From Antedon mediterranea (Eukaryota > Animalia > Echinodermata), in the NCBI RefSeq assembly GCF_964355755.1, contig NC_092675.1:5079812-5143811 (forward strand): a DNA stretch of 64,000 bases. The letters are read 5' to 3'. Positions 1-13,822 of this stretch are shown piece by piece; the stretch's first letter is position 1, and each line of letters opens with the position of its first letter. Position numbers and translations under genes: made by a program. Under the pieces are notes generated by a model. That model saw nothing but the letters and a program-made list of their open reading frames with translations, was not told the origin of the DNA and searched no databases.

Positions 1-1478
1 AATGTGTTATCATTTTGCCGGGATACAGTGAAACTAGAAATGAGAGTATACCCAGTACTGTGTTACCAAACAACATAGGCTACCATCACCCATTGTCCAA
101 GTGGTCCAGATTGTAAACACCATGGGAACTGGTAGATAGTCCCAATATTACATTGTTAATGGGTGCGAGTTATGGAGGTTATTTAAATGTGTGCCAGGAA
201 GGAGTGAGTAGAATAGTTCCTCTACGAGCTCACGACCCGGCTGTGGTCAATAGAATAAAAAGGAACTCTCAAACAATAACTATTGCAGTCGATATGCTTC
301 TATCATATGTTATAGTTATTGAAAGTTGACCAAGGACACTTAGACACCACAAACTGTATTCAACAGGCATATGGTTTCTACAACTTTCACGAAAACTAAA
401 CCATAATATTCAATATCAATACATGCTATATAAAAACCTCAAAAAGGCATGATAAAGATAATATTACAGGAACAAACATACAGTTGTATTCACCTCAGTA
501 GTATTATGTATTGGTATATAACTATAACAAAGCGTCATGGCACTGTATATAATATAACACTTTATTTTTCACAGTTCATAACTTGTGCATAGAATATGAA
601 TATTAAAAATCAACTAGCAAATAAATATAAAAAGTAACTGTAGTTATTATTCAGTGAGGTACCATTGTGTGTCAATTGTGTCCTTCACTGAATACGAACA
701 CCTTTGTGTATTTGGCAATTAGATAAATGTATTTATCATTCTTCTACCTTTCTAAACGTTCAATTTACCTGTCTGTGTTACACTGATCTATTTTCGAAAG
801 ATCTTTCTAAATGAATACACATGATTCAACACAATACTTTCATTTACCAAGAAAAGCCTATTAAATGTTATAGAGTAGGCCTACATGTATACCTGGTATA
901 ATGTATAAGGCCTAGCAGAGTGTGGACCGATGAATATCGTAACATTAACTGTGTAAAGGACCTGGTAAATTAGAAAATAAAATTGATCATGGAACGAGTT
1001 TCAATGGAGTAACCAGATGCAATTATCATTTTGTTATAATGTTAACAGATCATGTCAGCTAACACATTAGATATACAAACTGTCTAAGTTATTGTATAAC
1101 ACTAACAACTATTCTGGGCGCAGGCCTATGGATCAGGAGTAACAACTGAAGGAAAAAATCCTTCAATCTGAGTAATATTTTCTGTTAAATCAGCATGGTG
1201 ATATCTTAAGTCACTAAGATTTGCATTTATGAGGGCTAGGTTGCAACCGATACTGTGTCTGTGCGTTCAACCAGAATCATTGATATAATCCTCAATTGAT
1301 CTGTGCAGGTAATAGGCCTAAGCGATAATTTCTAATCCTAAATAGATCAAGTCATAATTCCAAAACATGCAAGTATAAATTGCTTTACCTAATTAACTCC
1401 TAGTTAGGTGGATCAATGAAAATCCTAGAGATCAAAAGAGATTTACTATGTCTTACAAACAATGATAACACATCTTAC

Positions 1479-1656
1479 GTGATGATAGAGGGGTTGTCGT
1501 CCCTAAGTTGGTCGTCTGTGGCTCAGGGCTTGCTTGGCACTGGGCTGGGGGTTGACTGTGAAGTGTTGTCATATCGGCAAGTCTGGAATGATTTCTGGAT
1601 CCTTCTGAATTCACTAGTTCCTCAAGAATCGGTAGCGAATCGTTCAAACCGTCCAT
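1479..1656 (-). CDS. Candidate first coding exon (MDGLNDSLPILEEL...TPLSS) of a minus-strand gene continuing leftwards
   Basis: ATG at 1656, 59 open codons +1 nt, then GTAAG donor at 1478-1474. GC-richer than flanks; GC box (GGGCGG ~1993) and CCAAT (~2071) upstream. Product not recognised. Confidence 0.5.
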
Positions 1657-2233
1657 ACTCGTAATAATCAATGTATCAAAGAGTTCGGTACCTGGTCGTC
1701 GATCGAACCAGGTTCAAAATATAAAGTGCAGAAGTTTATCTAATCTGAATTCAAAAGATCAGCAGATAAATATTGTGGAATTATTTGAAGACCACACCAC
1801 AAAGAACAGATCACACTAACTCCTCCAGAAATTGAGAGACTATGGAATGATTCAATAAAAAATCGCTTGGGTTAATAATAGTCAGTGGCAGACTGTGCTC
1901 TTTCATAAAGCGCACAAACCTATGTTGGTATGCGCATAAAACTTCTATGTGAAATAGACGACATCTCTCAAGTATTACAGTATAGCTAAAATGGGCGGGA
2001 CTATGAGCTTACTCAACCGAGTACATAGTTGAACAATTGGATATAGTGAAATGAAACCAACCAATAAGCATAATCGGTTGCGCAGGCATGGTGTTTTGAT
2101 TGGCAGTTTTCGTCAACCACTTTTAGTTACACAGGTTTGTATAGGAATAGCGGTACATCATTTACATACCAACAAGTTAAGTAAGGATTTACACATTCTA
2201 TCATTAAAAAAATTGTTTTGTTTACTTCAATAA

Positions 2234-2505
2234 ACACATCAATTAAAATTACTTATCTCTCAGAAAGTTATAACTAAATATACCTCATACTAAATACTTT
2301 CAACAATTTATTATTAAATTACGTTTTACTGTAGGCCTAGTCTTGAACATTCCAAAGTCTTGAACATTGACACATCGATTAAAATTACTTATCTCTCAGA
2401 AAGTTATAACTAAATATACCTCATACTAAATACTTTCAACAATTTATTTTTTAAATACGTTTTTCTGTAGGCCTAGTCTTGAAAATTGCAAAGTCTTGAA
2501 CATTC
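2234..2505. repeat. Tandem duplication of ~136 bp (2 copies)
   Basis: acacatc(a/g)attaaaattacttatctctcagaaagttataac...gtcttgaacatt occurs twice head-to-tail. Confidence 0.9.
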
Positions 2506-5500
2506 TAAAGATTATAGCGTAATGAAACAAATTTTCCATTAGGCCAAAAGAAATACAATATTGTGGCTAATCAACGGTGAACAAAAAAGTCAAAACACAT
2601 TCAGAGAAAAGTAACGTTTGGATTGATTTTTTTAGTTCTAAAACTAAAACTACCGTATAGCAGATTATAGATTATTATGCAGAAAATGTTGGTATAACTT
2701 TAGGTTCGCTGTATACAGTTTCTACTCCGTACGTTGTATCTACAGTACAATTAAATCCTAATGCAGTGATTTAAATTTCAAAAAAATTATATTACCAACT
2801 GAAATGACAATGACAGGCTTCTAATAAAATATAAATCACATTATTTAAAACACAATTTAATAATTTATAAAATAAATAAATAATCTAATTATTTATTTAT
2901 AAAATAAATAAATATGTTATTGTTACTTAATACTGATTTATAGATTATCTGAAATGACATTTGATATATTTTTATTTTGAAGGGTTGAAATGTGTTACAG
3001 AAAAAACAGACGAAAGTAATAGAATAATTATCATGTGAACATTAATGAATCTTTTCCATAGAGACAACAAAAAACAAAACAATTACCCAAATTACACCTG
3101 TTTAAATTTGAAACATATCAAAATTCTAGTTTAGAAATTCATGACAATAAATTATACACACACCGGTAGCAAAATGCACTCTGGCCGTCAGACACCACGG
3201 TATCACGCTTACATTACAGACGATATAATTGATTATATACACTCATCCTACAAAGTAGCTATTTGGCAACAGAATCCCCTGATCAATAGCCCTTAAACAA
3301 TGATTACCGGATTATTTGAAGGGGATATAATACAGTGCTATCAAATACGTTATTAATTGACTGAGTTAAATTAGATTATCAAAACATAAAAAAAGAGAAA
3401 ATATAATTTCTTTTAGTAATAATTGTGTTAATTAATGTTTCGAAAAATATAACAAAATAAACAAAACGCTTGTTAGCCTAGTCCTAGGCCTAGCTTGTAA
3501 GATTGAAAATATCTTTGTTTACCTGCATGAAACATCGTTATCCGCCGTCTAGTCTACTCTAAACTCGGCCTTCCTTATGCTAATCCAATGCAATCTACGA
3601 TATGCTCAGCACAAGTCTGTGTTTAGTTCTGATTTAATTCATATTTATTCTGGATCTTGTAAGTCTATACCGGGAGTATAAAGCTAACTTAGACTAATCT
3701 CAAATGAATCCATCGATTTGGTTAATTGTTACAATAGAAAGCAATAGGAAAAATACACTTGATTTACCAACAAAGTAAAGATATACACATGTCCTTTGTT
3801 TTTTCTATCTTTTTTTTAGTCAATTTTAAAATCTAAATATCTTTATTTTGGATTCATTTATTCAATATTATACATTTTTAAACATGCGCAAACTATAAAA
3901 ATATATTTAAAATACATCGGCTTAGGTTTTTAAAAGAAATAATAATAAAAATAGAAAACAAATGTGTAAAAAAACATTATTTTACCAAATGAAGGTATCT
4001 TATCTACAACAATTAATAATCAATAATGATAATACTTTTATTAAGGCTTTTGTTTGTAGGCCTACAATGAATGGTATCAAAATACTTTTTTGTTTGTTTT
4101 AAAGAATATTAAAACAATAAACAGTAAAAAATACAAAACTCAACGATTGTTTTAAAATTAAAATTCTCGATATACAGTGGAACGGACGGAAAGAACACAA
4201 TTATTTTTACCAAAGTTTTTGACACAATCCTTCCGCTAACATGTTTTAAATTACCAAGTGCTTTCTCTCTCACGATAAAACATTACAGGTATGACACTAG
4301 CTCCTAATAGTATCAATTGATTTATTTCTATACGGTAGGTGGGCAAGTTGCTTGCTGGGATAAGAGGGAAACTAAAACTTTCCTTCCGAATTGATCTTGA
4401 AAAAGTTTACCGTGAGTAGGCATACTCTTTCATTTCATTCATTAATTTATTCAAACTCTGCAAATTATTAATTATAAATAAGTTTAGAATTAAAGAATCC
4501 CTCTGTAATGTCAGATAAAGAAATATGTTGAGTGTTGAACAATTTTTTTATTTGATCTTCTCCTTTTGTCATGAGCAGAATGTTACTGTTTATATGGGAA
4601 TAATGAAAAACAAAATGGTGGAAAGATATGTATTTTTACACAAAAATGAATATGCCAAAGTAAATATATTTCAAACAAACAAAATCGATAAATAATAGTT
4701 CTACCTCCTAAGTAAAACAACTGGGATCATTTTATATAGTGGCACATTGCATGTAAATTATTTAACTAATCTTTTCTTCTCCCTAAAAATAACAGGGCAA
4801 ACCTATTTTTGTGAACATTGATATTAAAATTCTATCTTTGTTTGCGAAACAAAGAGTTTGATATTATTGAAAGAGAATTTTGATATTGCCAATTCTTTTA
4901 TTGGAGTCGTAATGTATAATTGATGAGCTGTAACCAATGATGTAAGTATCTATTAAACTAATGTAAGTGTCTAATTAGATAATTAAGTAATTCTCATAAA
5001 TTTGTTTAGAGGCCAAAGAGAGTCCATTATAACAGGTATTATGTGGAATTCTATCGGTGACATTTTAAGGAAATCCAATCTCCTTAACAACAGAGAACAT
5101 ATTTTGTCAATTGGCCTAAATATATATAAACAAAGAAATTAAAAATACAGATTAAATATATACTATTAATTCCGTTTTTCTTTCGAGATCAAAACAATAA
5201 TTATTTAAACATTGATTGATCACACGACTAATTTCCAGAACCATTTGTTTTGTTTGGCTTAATATTAATTTTAAAAAAAACCAATATTTTTATTGATTAA
5301 AATAGAACTATAAAATCACCCTTTTATAGGGAAGGTTTCTGTTAACTTACGCTAAGTAAATTTAAACATTTACACAAAGAGAAAAACATAACACGTATAA
5401 TATTATTATGTATGTAAAGTAATATAAAATTAAAGGTTATAGTTCATGAACAAACTAGAGCTAAAATGTCGTAGAGGGCAGTATAACGATAGGTTGGAAA

Positions 5501-7176
5501 GGCAAATCATTTTCTATCAAGTTTGATGTGTGCAGTAGTAACGTTGGGGCTTGTACATGCATATTTACAACGTTTATCAAAAAATCCCTTCGGTGTTTGC
5601 GTGATTTCTGAATGTAATTCTAGGTATAAATGAACAAACCTTTCAATTTTAATCCGAGAGTGACACAATTGCAGTAAATTAAACAAATGCGGTCTTAAAA
5701 GCATCAATGAAAAACATTTAGCACTCCAACATTTACCACTGGGACCTCGGCTTATTCGCAAGATGGTTGTTTTATTGATATTCCGTTATTTCATTTTCAA
5801 ATCTATAAATCAACTTGGAAATTCCATTATTAAATCTAGGTCGTTAAAATACCAGTTACATCAGGGGGAATATATGGGCTAGACTGTTTTTCTCGTTCAT
5901 ATTTATGATGATCATTATGTAATTAAGCATACATGTCAAATGCGCAATGTTTCTGTACACATACACGTGAGTTCTTCCAATACATTTATGTCTTATGTGT
6001 GTATGTATTCGTGGATCATAAATTTGTATTATATTAGGTGATGTATGTTTCGTAATGTACGGTAGTCGTTTCTAAAAATAAAAAACGAGCAGACAGAATT
6101 GCCGTTAAATATCACGTACGCATACAGACCATTACTTTCCTTTATTTTTCTATATTCACACATGAATGTACGTCTATGTTATACTTTTGATTGATATACG
6201 CATTTATAAGTTTAGTATATTTCCTATTAGATGATTTTTAATCACAGCGAAATACTAAATATTTGTATTAACTATAGTTATTCTAATATGTTACATGCAA
6301 TTCAATTGATAGTTTAAAATATTAATCCTTAAAAGGATTTAAAAAATATCAGAATACACCCTTTTAAATTTAGCATCAATGAATTTTGAAACTAACGTTA
6401 CATATATTATTTTTTAAATGGTAGCATTTTAGAAATGGCTCTTCATATTTCATAAAGAAATTCGGTTAATTTTGAATACAAAATGTATATGCTAATGTAT
6501 TTTTTTGTTTTGCTTATTATATTATCATATTTATTTTTTCGATAGGTTTATAAACAGACACGTAAAAGAAGATATATAAGAAAATATATTTAATAATACA
6601 AATACATAAAACAATATAATAATTATATTAAAAATGTAATTGTAAAAACGAAAGGTTGTAAATGGAAAGAATACGGCGCCAAAATATGAATTTGTTGACT
6701 AATTTATTTTTGCTTGCTTGCTATTAAAATATGTTTTTGAAAGTTTGAAGAATTTATAAATATTGATTGATTTGTAAATTTAATTTATTTGTTATGCCTT
6801 TTTTGTTTTGTAATTTTGAAAGATTAAATAAAGAGTGAATAAATTAATACGTTTATTTGTATTCTTTAAATGTTACTGTTATTTAAACGACAAATGAATA
6901 GTAAACTATGAAAATTAGGCCTAATTAAACAAACAAAATAGTGGATAATCTCTGAAACATTAAGCTATGTGTCTTTGTCATGTATATTAAACCAAGTGTA
7001 TATTGAAATGTGCTAGGTCTGCTTGGTAAAAGCACGTACTTAAAATAATACAAGATAACTTAGCAAGTGAAAAACAAGAAAGTTCGTTTTACTTTGGGTT
7101 CAATGTAAATGAATGACACATTCATACGTGTCAATGAATAAAGTTTGGGTCACAAACATGATGTGCTTTCAATTAA

Positions 7177-7436
7177 AGCCTTGTTCGCACTGGACGTTAC
7201 TCGCGGGTAACTTTACTCGATGTATAGACCATGGACCATGTTCGCACTCATACGGTTACTGTAGTTTTACCAAGATTTAACAGCAACGTTAGACTTTTAG
7301 CATGGTTAATTTTACCAGTACTGGTGGTGAGACATAACATTAACCATGATCCAGTGTTCGGATTAGACTATTGTTTTGGTCAATTAGTCGGCGACTCAGT
7401 TAATTTGATTAAATGAAGTCCAGTGTGATCGAGGCT
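7177..7436. mobile_element. Non-autonomous TIR element (PIF/Harbinger-like MITE)
   Basis: Left end agccttgttcgcactggac and right end gtccagtgtgatcgaggct form an imperfect ~19 bp inverted repeat; flanks taa/tag resemble a 3-bp TWA TSD. Confidence 0.6.
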
Positions 7437-9671
7437 TAGTGTACGCACAAACAAAACAATTTTAGGCCTACTGCATTGTATTTTTTATGAAGTTTATAAT
7501 TAAAATAATTGTTGATAAGCGAGTACCCCTCTATCTGAAGCCTGCCATTGGCTAAACTAACAGGCATTTATATACAATGAAGTACGTGAAGATAAAATCG
7601 TCTGCTGAATTATTCAAAGACTTAAACTGAAAGAAAATATTTCTTTCGTTCAACAATTATGAATACATACTGCCCTCTTATTATCTTGTCAAATCAATTA
7701 CATTATGTTATATATTGAAAACACAAACGGTTTGGCATCAGTCAAGTTTGTCCAAGATGCGATAGCAGACCTTATAATAGCTTGACTGCAAGTAATCTGT
7801 TCGGATCAAAAATTAAGACTAGGTTATAACAATTACACAGGTTATTGTAGCATTGGAAATGATCAGTTTTAATTATAGTTGTATATGCCTATACTATTTT
7901 ATATCTTTTAAAGTCAATAATTGATATTATTGCTATGATTGTAAATGGTTCCATTGTCTTCAAATTCCCATCACTGTTACACTATTTGAAACTAATTAAT
8001 GTTGGGAAATTGTAGTTAACAGTGTCCAAATTATAAATAAACGGATTTCACAATAATTCTAAAAAAATACATTTAAGCATCTTCATATTAAAAGTAAATC
8101 AAGTAAAGTTATACATTTTTTTGGGGGAAATAATTTAATTAAAAAACAAACACAATACAAATAGATACAAACATATTAGTCATTTATTGTTCACATCGTA
8201 AATTATTGCTCTACTACTCGTACTTCATTCTAATACATATTTTTATTTGTTGAATAACCCTAACGATTTACGGAAAGCCTTTTAAGAATACACAATTTCT
8301 CCTAAAACAGAATCCAGTTCACTCAATCTCTCAAATAGGCTTTCTACAATTAGCATAAAACGGGAAATGTCATGTGAGTTAGTTACATGTCACATGACAC
8401 ACTACACGTGATAGTGGATATCCAATCACTAGCTTGCGAACAATAAATTCAATTGATTCAGTTCGCGAAACATTGATCCGCACGCTAATCCAACTTGAAC
8501 GAAAGATAACATCATAAGTGTTAATAGTTATTATAATAAAATCATAATTGTAAATGAAGATTAAGTTTATCATGTCAGATAAACCTGATATATAGAAAAC
8601 GACTTTAGTAATGTTTAACGGGCTTAGTTAACAGCGGTAATTTATATTGAACTATGCAAAGGCCAACAAAATGGAAGTGTCTTGCAGTCGGTAGAGTGTG
8701 CTAGTTGAGGAGGGTAAATTACCATCCTATTGATTATTTTTTTCAATTAATTATGATTGGCGTAAAGTAACTTAGAATTGTATTCATTCCGATCTTTACT
8801 AATTATTATTCCATACAAAACCAAATGTTTCTAAATTAATTCCTAACGAGAAATATAAAGGATTGTTCAGCTAATGTTTCCGTTCTAACAATTGTGATGT
8901 GCATTTAGAAGTTAAACTTCGCTAACACCAACAGTGGTAATTGCAGTATAATATATGTTTTTCATTTAAATGTATCTTTTTTCCTTTGACATTCATTAGT
9001 GTGCATGTAATCGACTGCACATTCTCCCTGGAGAACATCAGTAAAACCCATCTTTAAGTGCTCTCCTAAATATCTAGCTTCCACATTGACACCATTTCAC
9101 TAGAGACTACGACATTTACCACTGCTATTGCGATTTATGCGCAAAATATTAGCCCAATTTCATCTCTCTTCACATGTGATAATAAATTACGGTAGTGATT
9201 CGATTGACAGCTTTATTAAAACGTTTATCCGTAATAAAAATGTCTTTATTTCAGATTATTGTTAGGATATAAATATAATATGTAATTTGCACTTTTTTTT
9301 TATTTTTGCGAATTGCATCTCGTATATGTTTGATTTAGTTGATCTATAATTAAATTGACCTGAAATACAATTTGTTGTTCGTTATTTCTGTCGGTTAATA
9401 CATTGTATGTTTACAGTACAAGAAATAACGTAAATATAAGAGTATACATTATGTCTATAACATGGATTTTTTCCAAAGTTTCCAAAATATTTCAATTATT
9501 TTATTTAAATACAAACAAATAAGGTATAAAGTACTGGTACTCGAATTAGCGCCCACATTTTTAAAACGTGTTTATCATATCACAGGGTGATTATTGAAAC
9601 GGGAAAAATTAATTTATAGGTATAACTTTCGATATTACATTTTTGACATGTGACATGTGAGGAGTGATTGA

Positions 9672-10190
9672 ATGCTTGCAAGAAAATGCAATAGGGCTGC
9701 CGCCAGAAATGCGTTCAATGCTCCTGCGGGCATACAAGTATCTCAGATGCCGTGGAGAGGGATTGTTAGATTTGGTTAGAAAGAGAGGAAGAGTGTATTC
9801 ATGCCTGCAAGAAAATGCAATAGGGCTGCCGCGAGAAATGCGTTCAATTATCCTGCGGGCATACAGGTATATCAGATGCCGTGGAGAGGGATTGTTAGAT
9901 TTGGTTAGAAAGAGAGGAAGAGTGTATTCATGCCTGCAAGAAAATGCAATAGGGCTGCCGCGAGAAATGCGTTCAATTATCCTGCGGGAATACAAGTATC
10001 TCAGATGCCGTGGAGAGGGATTGTTAGATTTGGTTAGACAGAGAAGAAGAGTGTATTCATGCTTGCAAGAAAATGCAATAGGGCTGCCGCGAGAAATGCG
10101 TTCAATTATCCCGCGGGCATACAAGTATCTCAGATGCCGTGGAGAGGGATTGTTAGATTTGGCTAGAAAGAGAGGAAGAGTGTATTCATG
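9672..10190. repeat. Minisatellite, 4 x 129 bp, highly similar copies
   Basis: Unit starts atgc(c/t)tgcaagaaaatg at 9672, 9801, 9930 and 10059; produces the repetitive ORFs 9664..10200(+) and 9609..10124(-). Confidence 0.95.
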
Positions 10191-13142
10191 TAGATTTTAG
10201 ATTAAACTATAATAACAAATGCAGTAAATGTAGTATCATTCATTATTAGAAAATAAAGTTTTGCTGATTATTGGAATTAAATAGAAATTAAGTGGAACCA
10301 CACACAGAGAGCAACCTTTGTTGCTTCCTGGTGAGGTATCTGTTCACCGCAGTCACCCAGTTTTAATTTCAATGTCATTACAAAACCTTTAAGCACTAGC
10401 AGCTACGTTCATGGATGTTTGTATATAAAAATATATAGCATTTAACAAGGACACGCAAACGTATTGAAAGCATTGGCTTTGAACACATGATGGTTTATTA
10501 GTCATGTTTTATTCTAATACAAATTAAAATCATATTGTTCGCAATCTGGTACAATTCGATTAAGATAAACATATTGCACATATAATTTATAAAGTGATAC
10601 TTATTATTTTAAATATTTTTCATTGAAAAAAAAAAAAAAAAAAAACCATAATGCGATTACTAAAAACTTATAAAATTGTATATCATTAATATTCATGGTC
10701 GCTATTTCATTTAATTTTGAATAATATTTTCACAGTTCAATTTGGATGTGTGCAATATGGTGTTTAGTAACTAGGCCTTGCCCATATATGTTTTATATAT
10801 ATCGTGAAATTCAAACTCTTGTAAGCTGGGTAACATTTTAAAGAAAATAATTATGAATATTTATGAAGTGTATGATAACTTAATAAACATTTTCATAAAA
10901 ATACATTTTGTATTTTTCAAATAATTTCAGGTCTCATCACACAAGAATATTTTACATGCAGACAGTATCACGATAGGATAATGTAACATTCCTACAACAG
11001 AAACAGTATATAGGTAAATGTACTCGTATATTTGAACCAAAATACTTTCCATAAGCATTTATATTCTGAATCTTTCATTTTAAAGAACCATCAGTAAATT
11101 TCATCTATAGAGAACTAATGGTTAATCTTACCAATCCATTAATTATTTATGTTTGTTCTGCTTAGAAAATAGGGTTTTCTATTCAAATAATGATATTGAA
11201 ATCCAAACAAATGTCCAATTAAATCGACATCCCTGAATTAAATTAATGCAGGTACATCATGATTGAAAATCCGTTTGTTACAGGTATCTTTCTTTCTAAG
11301 GAATATATTAAACTTGAAATGGAAAACATTGCGCTTAGCATAATATCTTTGGAGCACCGCCATCAGTGTCCAGAAGCAACAGTCTGCTTGGCTTTAATTT
11401 CAATATGCAGTACTCTACTGCTTTTGAGTCTTTCATTCTGTTTAGATTGTCATTTTGTTTAGGTAATTGTTCTACTGCTATTGCTGAATCTCATTACTCA
11501 TCATCATTATTAATCATGTATTTTATTATACCAATTTATTGTGATGACCAAAACTTTGTAAAAAGAAACCGGAACAAATTCTAACATTATCTTTAAAATA
11601 ATCACATAGTCTGGGCAAATGTCAAACATTCTAAATTTGGAACTGTTCTTTGTAAGATTGGATCATGTCACAGACTATGGGACGCCTCACCAGGTATACG
11701 CCACAGTGTAAGCTTGGTTCTCACTAGGACTCATCGTAAGGACGTGATAGCGCAAACTCAGGTTTTACCCCCTTCAAGGCGCAATGGATAAAAAGGTTTT
11801 ATCTACCACCTAATTTGTATATAAATACTATATTATTTGGTTAATAATAATTAATGTCTTATTCACACATAATTCCTCTGAAAGTATTGTTCAATGTATT
11901 ACCTGGTGTTTTAAAAAATTGTGTGTGCCTCCAATCATAAATGTATTTAGAGCTTTTAACAACCAGCACACAAATTTCAAGAATTCACATGCGATTTGTC
12001 TGTTAATCATTATATCATGCGCATATTATACTGTATGTATTATAGTGTTTATGCATATATTCGGCGTCTTTGTTCGGCCTTTATTAACATTAAGAAATGT
12101 AAGGAAAAATGGTAACAAAATAACGGTAGAAATATCAATATTAGTTTAACCCGTTGTCTTGCATATCCGTGTGTGACGAATATGCCCATAAATTGTTTTC
12201 ATTCAATGCCGACAAAAATAAAATTGAGTCTTCTTCACTTCAAACGTTTAGTTCGTTTTATATAGAAAATACTTAGTTTTCATCTTTTATTTATCTTTAT
12301 TTTCAAGAAATAAAGTACATTGACTATATTTTGTTCATTATTGTGTTTATAATAGGGCACAACTGAATGTTTGATCTAGTATATTATCGAAAGTGAAAAC
12401 ATATAGATTAAAACATTATAGAACAACCATTACTAAATCATAAATAACACATCATTATGTGTTTATGTCAAATAAATCTACGTTTTCATTCTTGATTACT
12501 TTCTGTCGTAACTTTGGATTAAGGTATATCGCTATTAATTAAACAATAATAATCTAGAATTAAGCTTCACTTCTAATCGTCGATTAAAAGAAAGTGAATC
12601 ATATTGTAAAAGTAATACATTATTTCAATGATATTGGGCTGCAATGTGAACGTATGTTAACTTTGTTGTGGGTTGTTGAAAACATAGTTTTTTTTTAAAT
12701 TCATCAGTTTTATAGGTAAGTTTATTATTTCATGATTCATTATCATTTTGTCACGATTTTATTCACACATTCCCATGGTAACGGAAAGTTCCGGATGTTT
12801 TTATTTTTAAATGGATTAGTATGGTGAAGAAACTGCAATGCCTTGTGGGAAACCATAACTTCATGTTAGAACACGCTCTCAAGAAAGTCGGTCGGAGTCA
12901 ACGATGTTTGGGTAGCAGTTGTCATGCAAAGTTACTTTATTTATTATCCAACTGTTAAAATGCAAGCTATAACACAAATCCTTGATTGGATGTAAGGGGG
13001 AAATAAAAATATGAATTACCATTTAAATTAATACAACCGGGGTTGGGACTGGCTTTCTTGTGCGGTGGCCTAAATTTTCCAAATTGTTCTCATTCAATCG
13101 AAATTATATATTTTTTTGTGATTCCTGTGTGTAAACATATTT

Positions 13143-13255
13143 AAAACAAGACCATATACATGGCTGAAGTCGCGTGTTTACCGACCGACCAATCGAATGA
13201 CCGACCAAACGGCCGACATAGTGAGCTGTAGAGTCGCGTTGCACGCGACTAAAAA
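13143..13255. mobile_element. Helentron-associated non-autonomous element (HINE/DINE-1-like)
   Basis: Starts aaaacaag, internal (GACC)n-like microsatellite, ends in hairpin agtcgcgt-tgc-acgcgact followed by an A-run; typical HINE architecture. Confidence 0.6.
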
Positions 13256-13725
13256 CATTACCTTTTGTGTAGTTGTCATTTACAAGACAATTCATATTAA
13301 TATATCAATTACTGATTTTTTTTGTTATTGTAGATTAATTATAATATTATGATCTTAAAACTATTGTAATTATTATAGGTTATAGCGTTTTGTAGACATT
13401 CGCTTTTGTTGACATTGGTAAATTGTGTGGGTATGTTTAAATAGTTTTAATAGTTTAATAAATTAACCATTAAGTTGAAAACTTTTAGTTACCTAAGCAA
13501 ACTACATTTTTCTAGTTTATATTGCATTTGATAACGTGTTAAATAAAAAGAAAGAAAACAGTCTTAAACATTATTGAAAATATCAAACTGGTAGCATGAA
13601 TGTTATTCATTGAGCTCATCTGTTGAGAATGTATTTTGAGCACCCTTCTAGGATGTTTTGTTTGTGTGATGACACAAGTCTTTCACAAGTTAATCATACC
13701 GCATGTTATTTATTGAAGAAAAGCA

Positions 13726-13822
13726 AGAATTGTGTGATAACAAAGTTTAACACGATTCTATTTTGAGAACTGAGAGGGCGTGGTATAATCCTCTTGGACC
13801 ACGCTGTTCTCACGTCTCCAAT
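13726..13822. repeat. Dispersed ~97 bp hairpin-containing repeat, copy 1 (copy 2 at ~42168-42264)
   Basis: aagaattgtgtga...tttaacacgattctattt.gagaactgagagggcgtggt...accacgctg.tctcacgtctccaat present twice in the window. Confidence 0.85.

Noticed and set aside
150-240. Antizyme-like +1 frameshift or UGA readthrough at GGG-TCG-TGA on the minus strand
   Set aside because: Both the shifted and readthrough frames stop within ~30 codons and show no antizyme similarity.
9672-10190. CRISPR array or hammerhead retrozyme
   Set aside because: No unique spacers or cas genes; no CUGANGA...GAAA core with the required stems.
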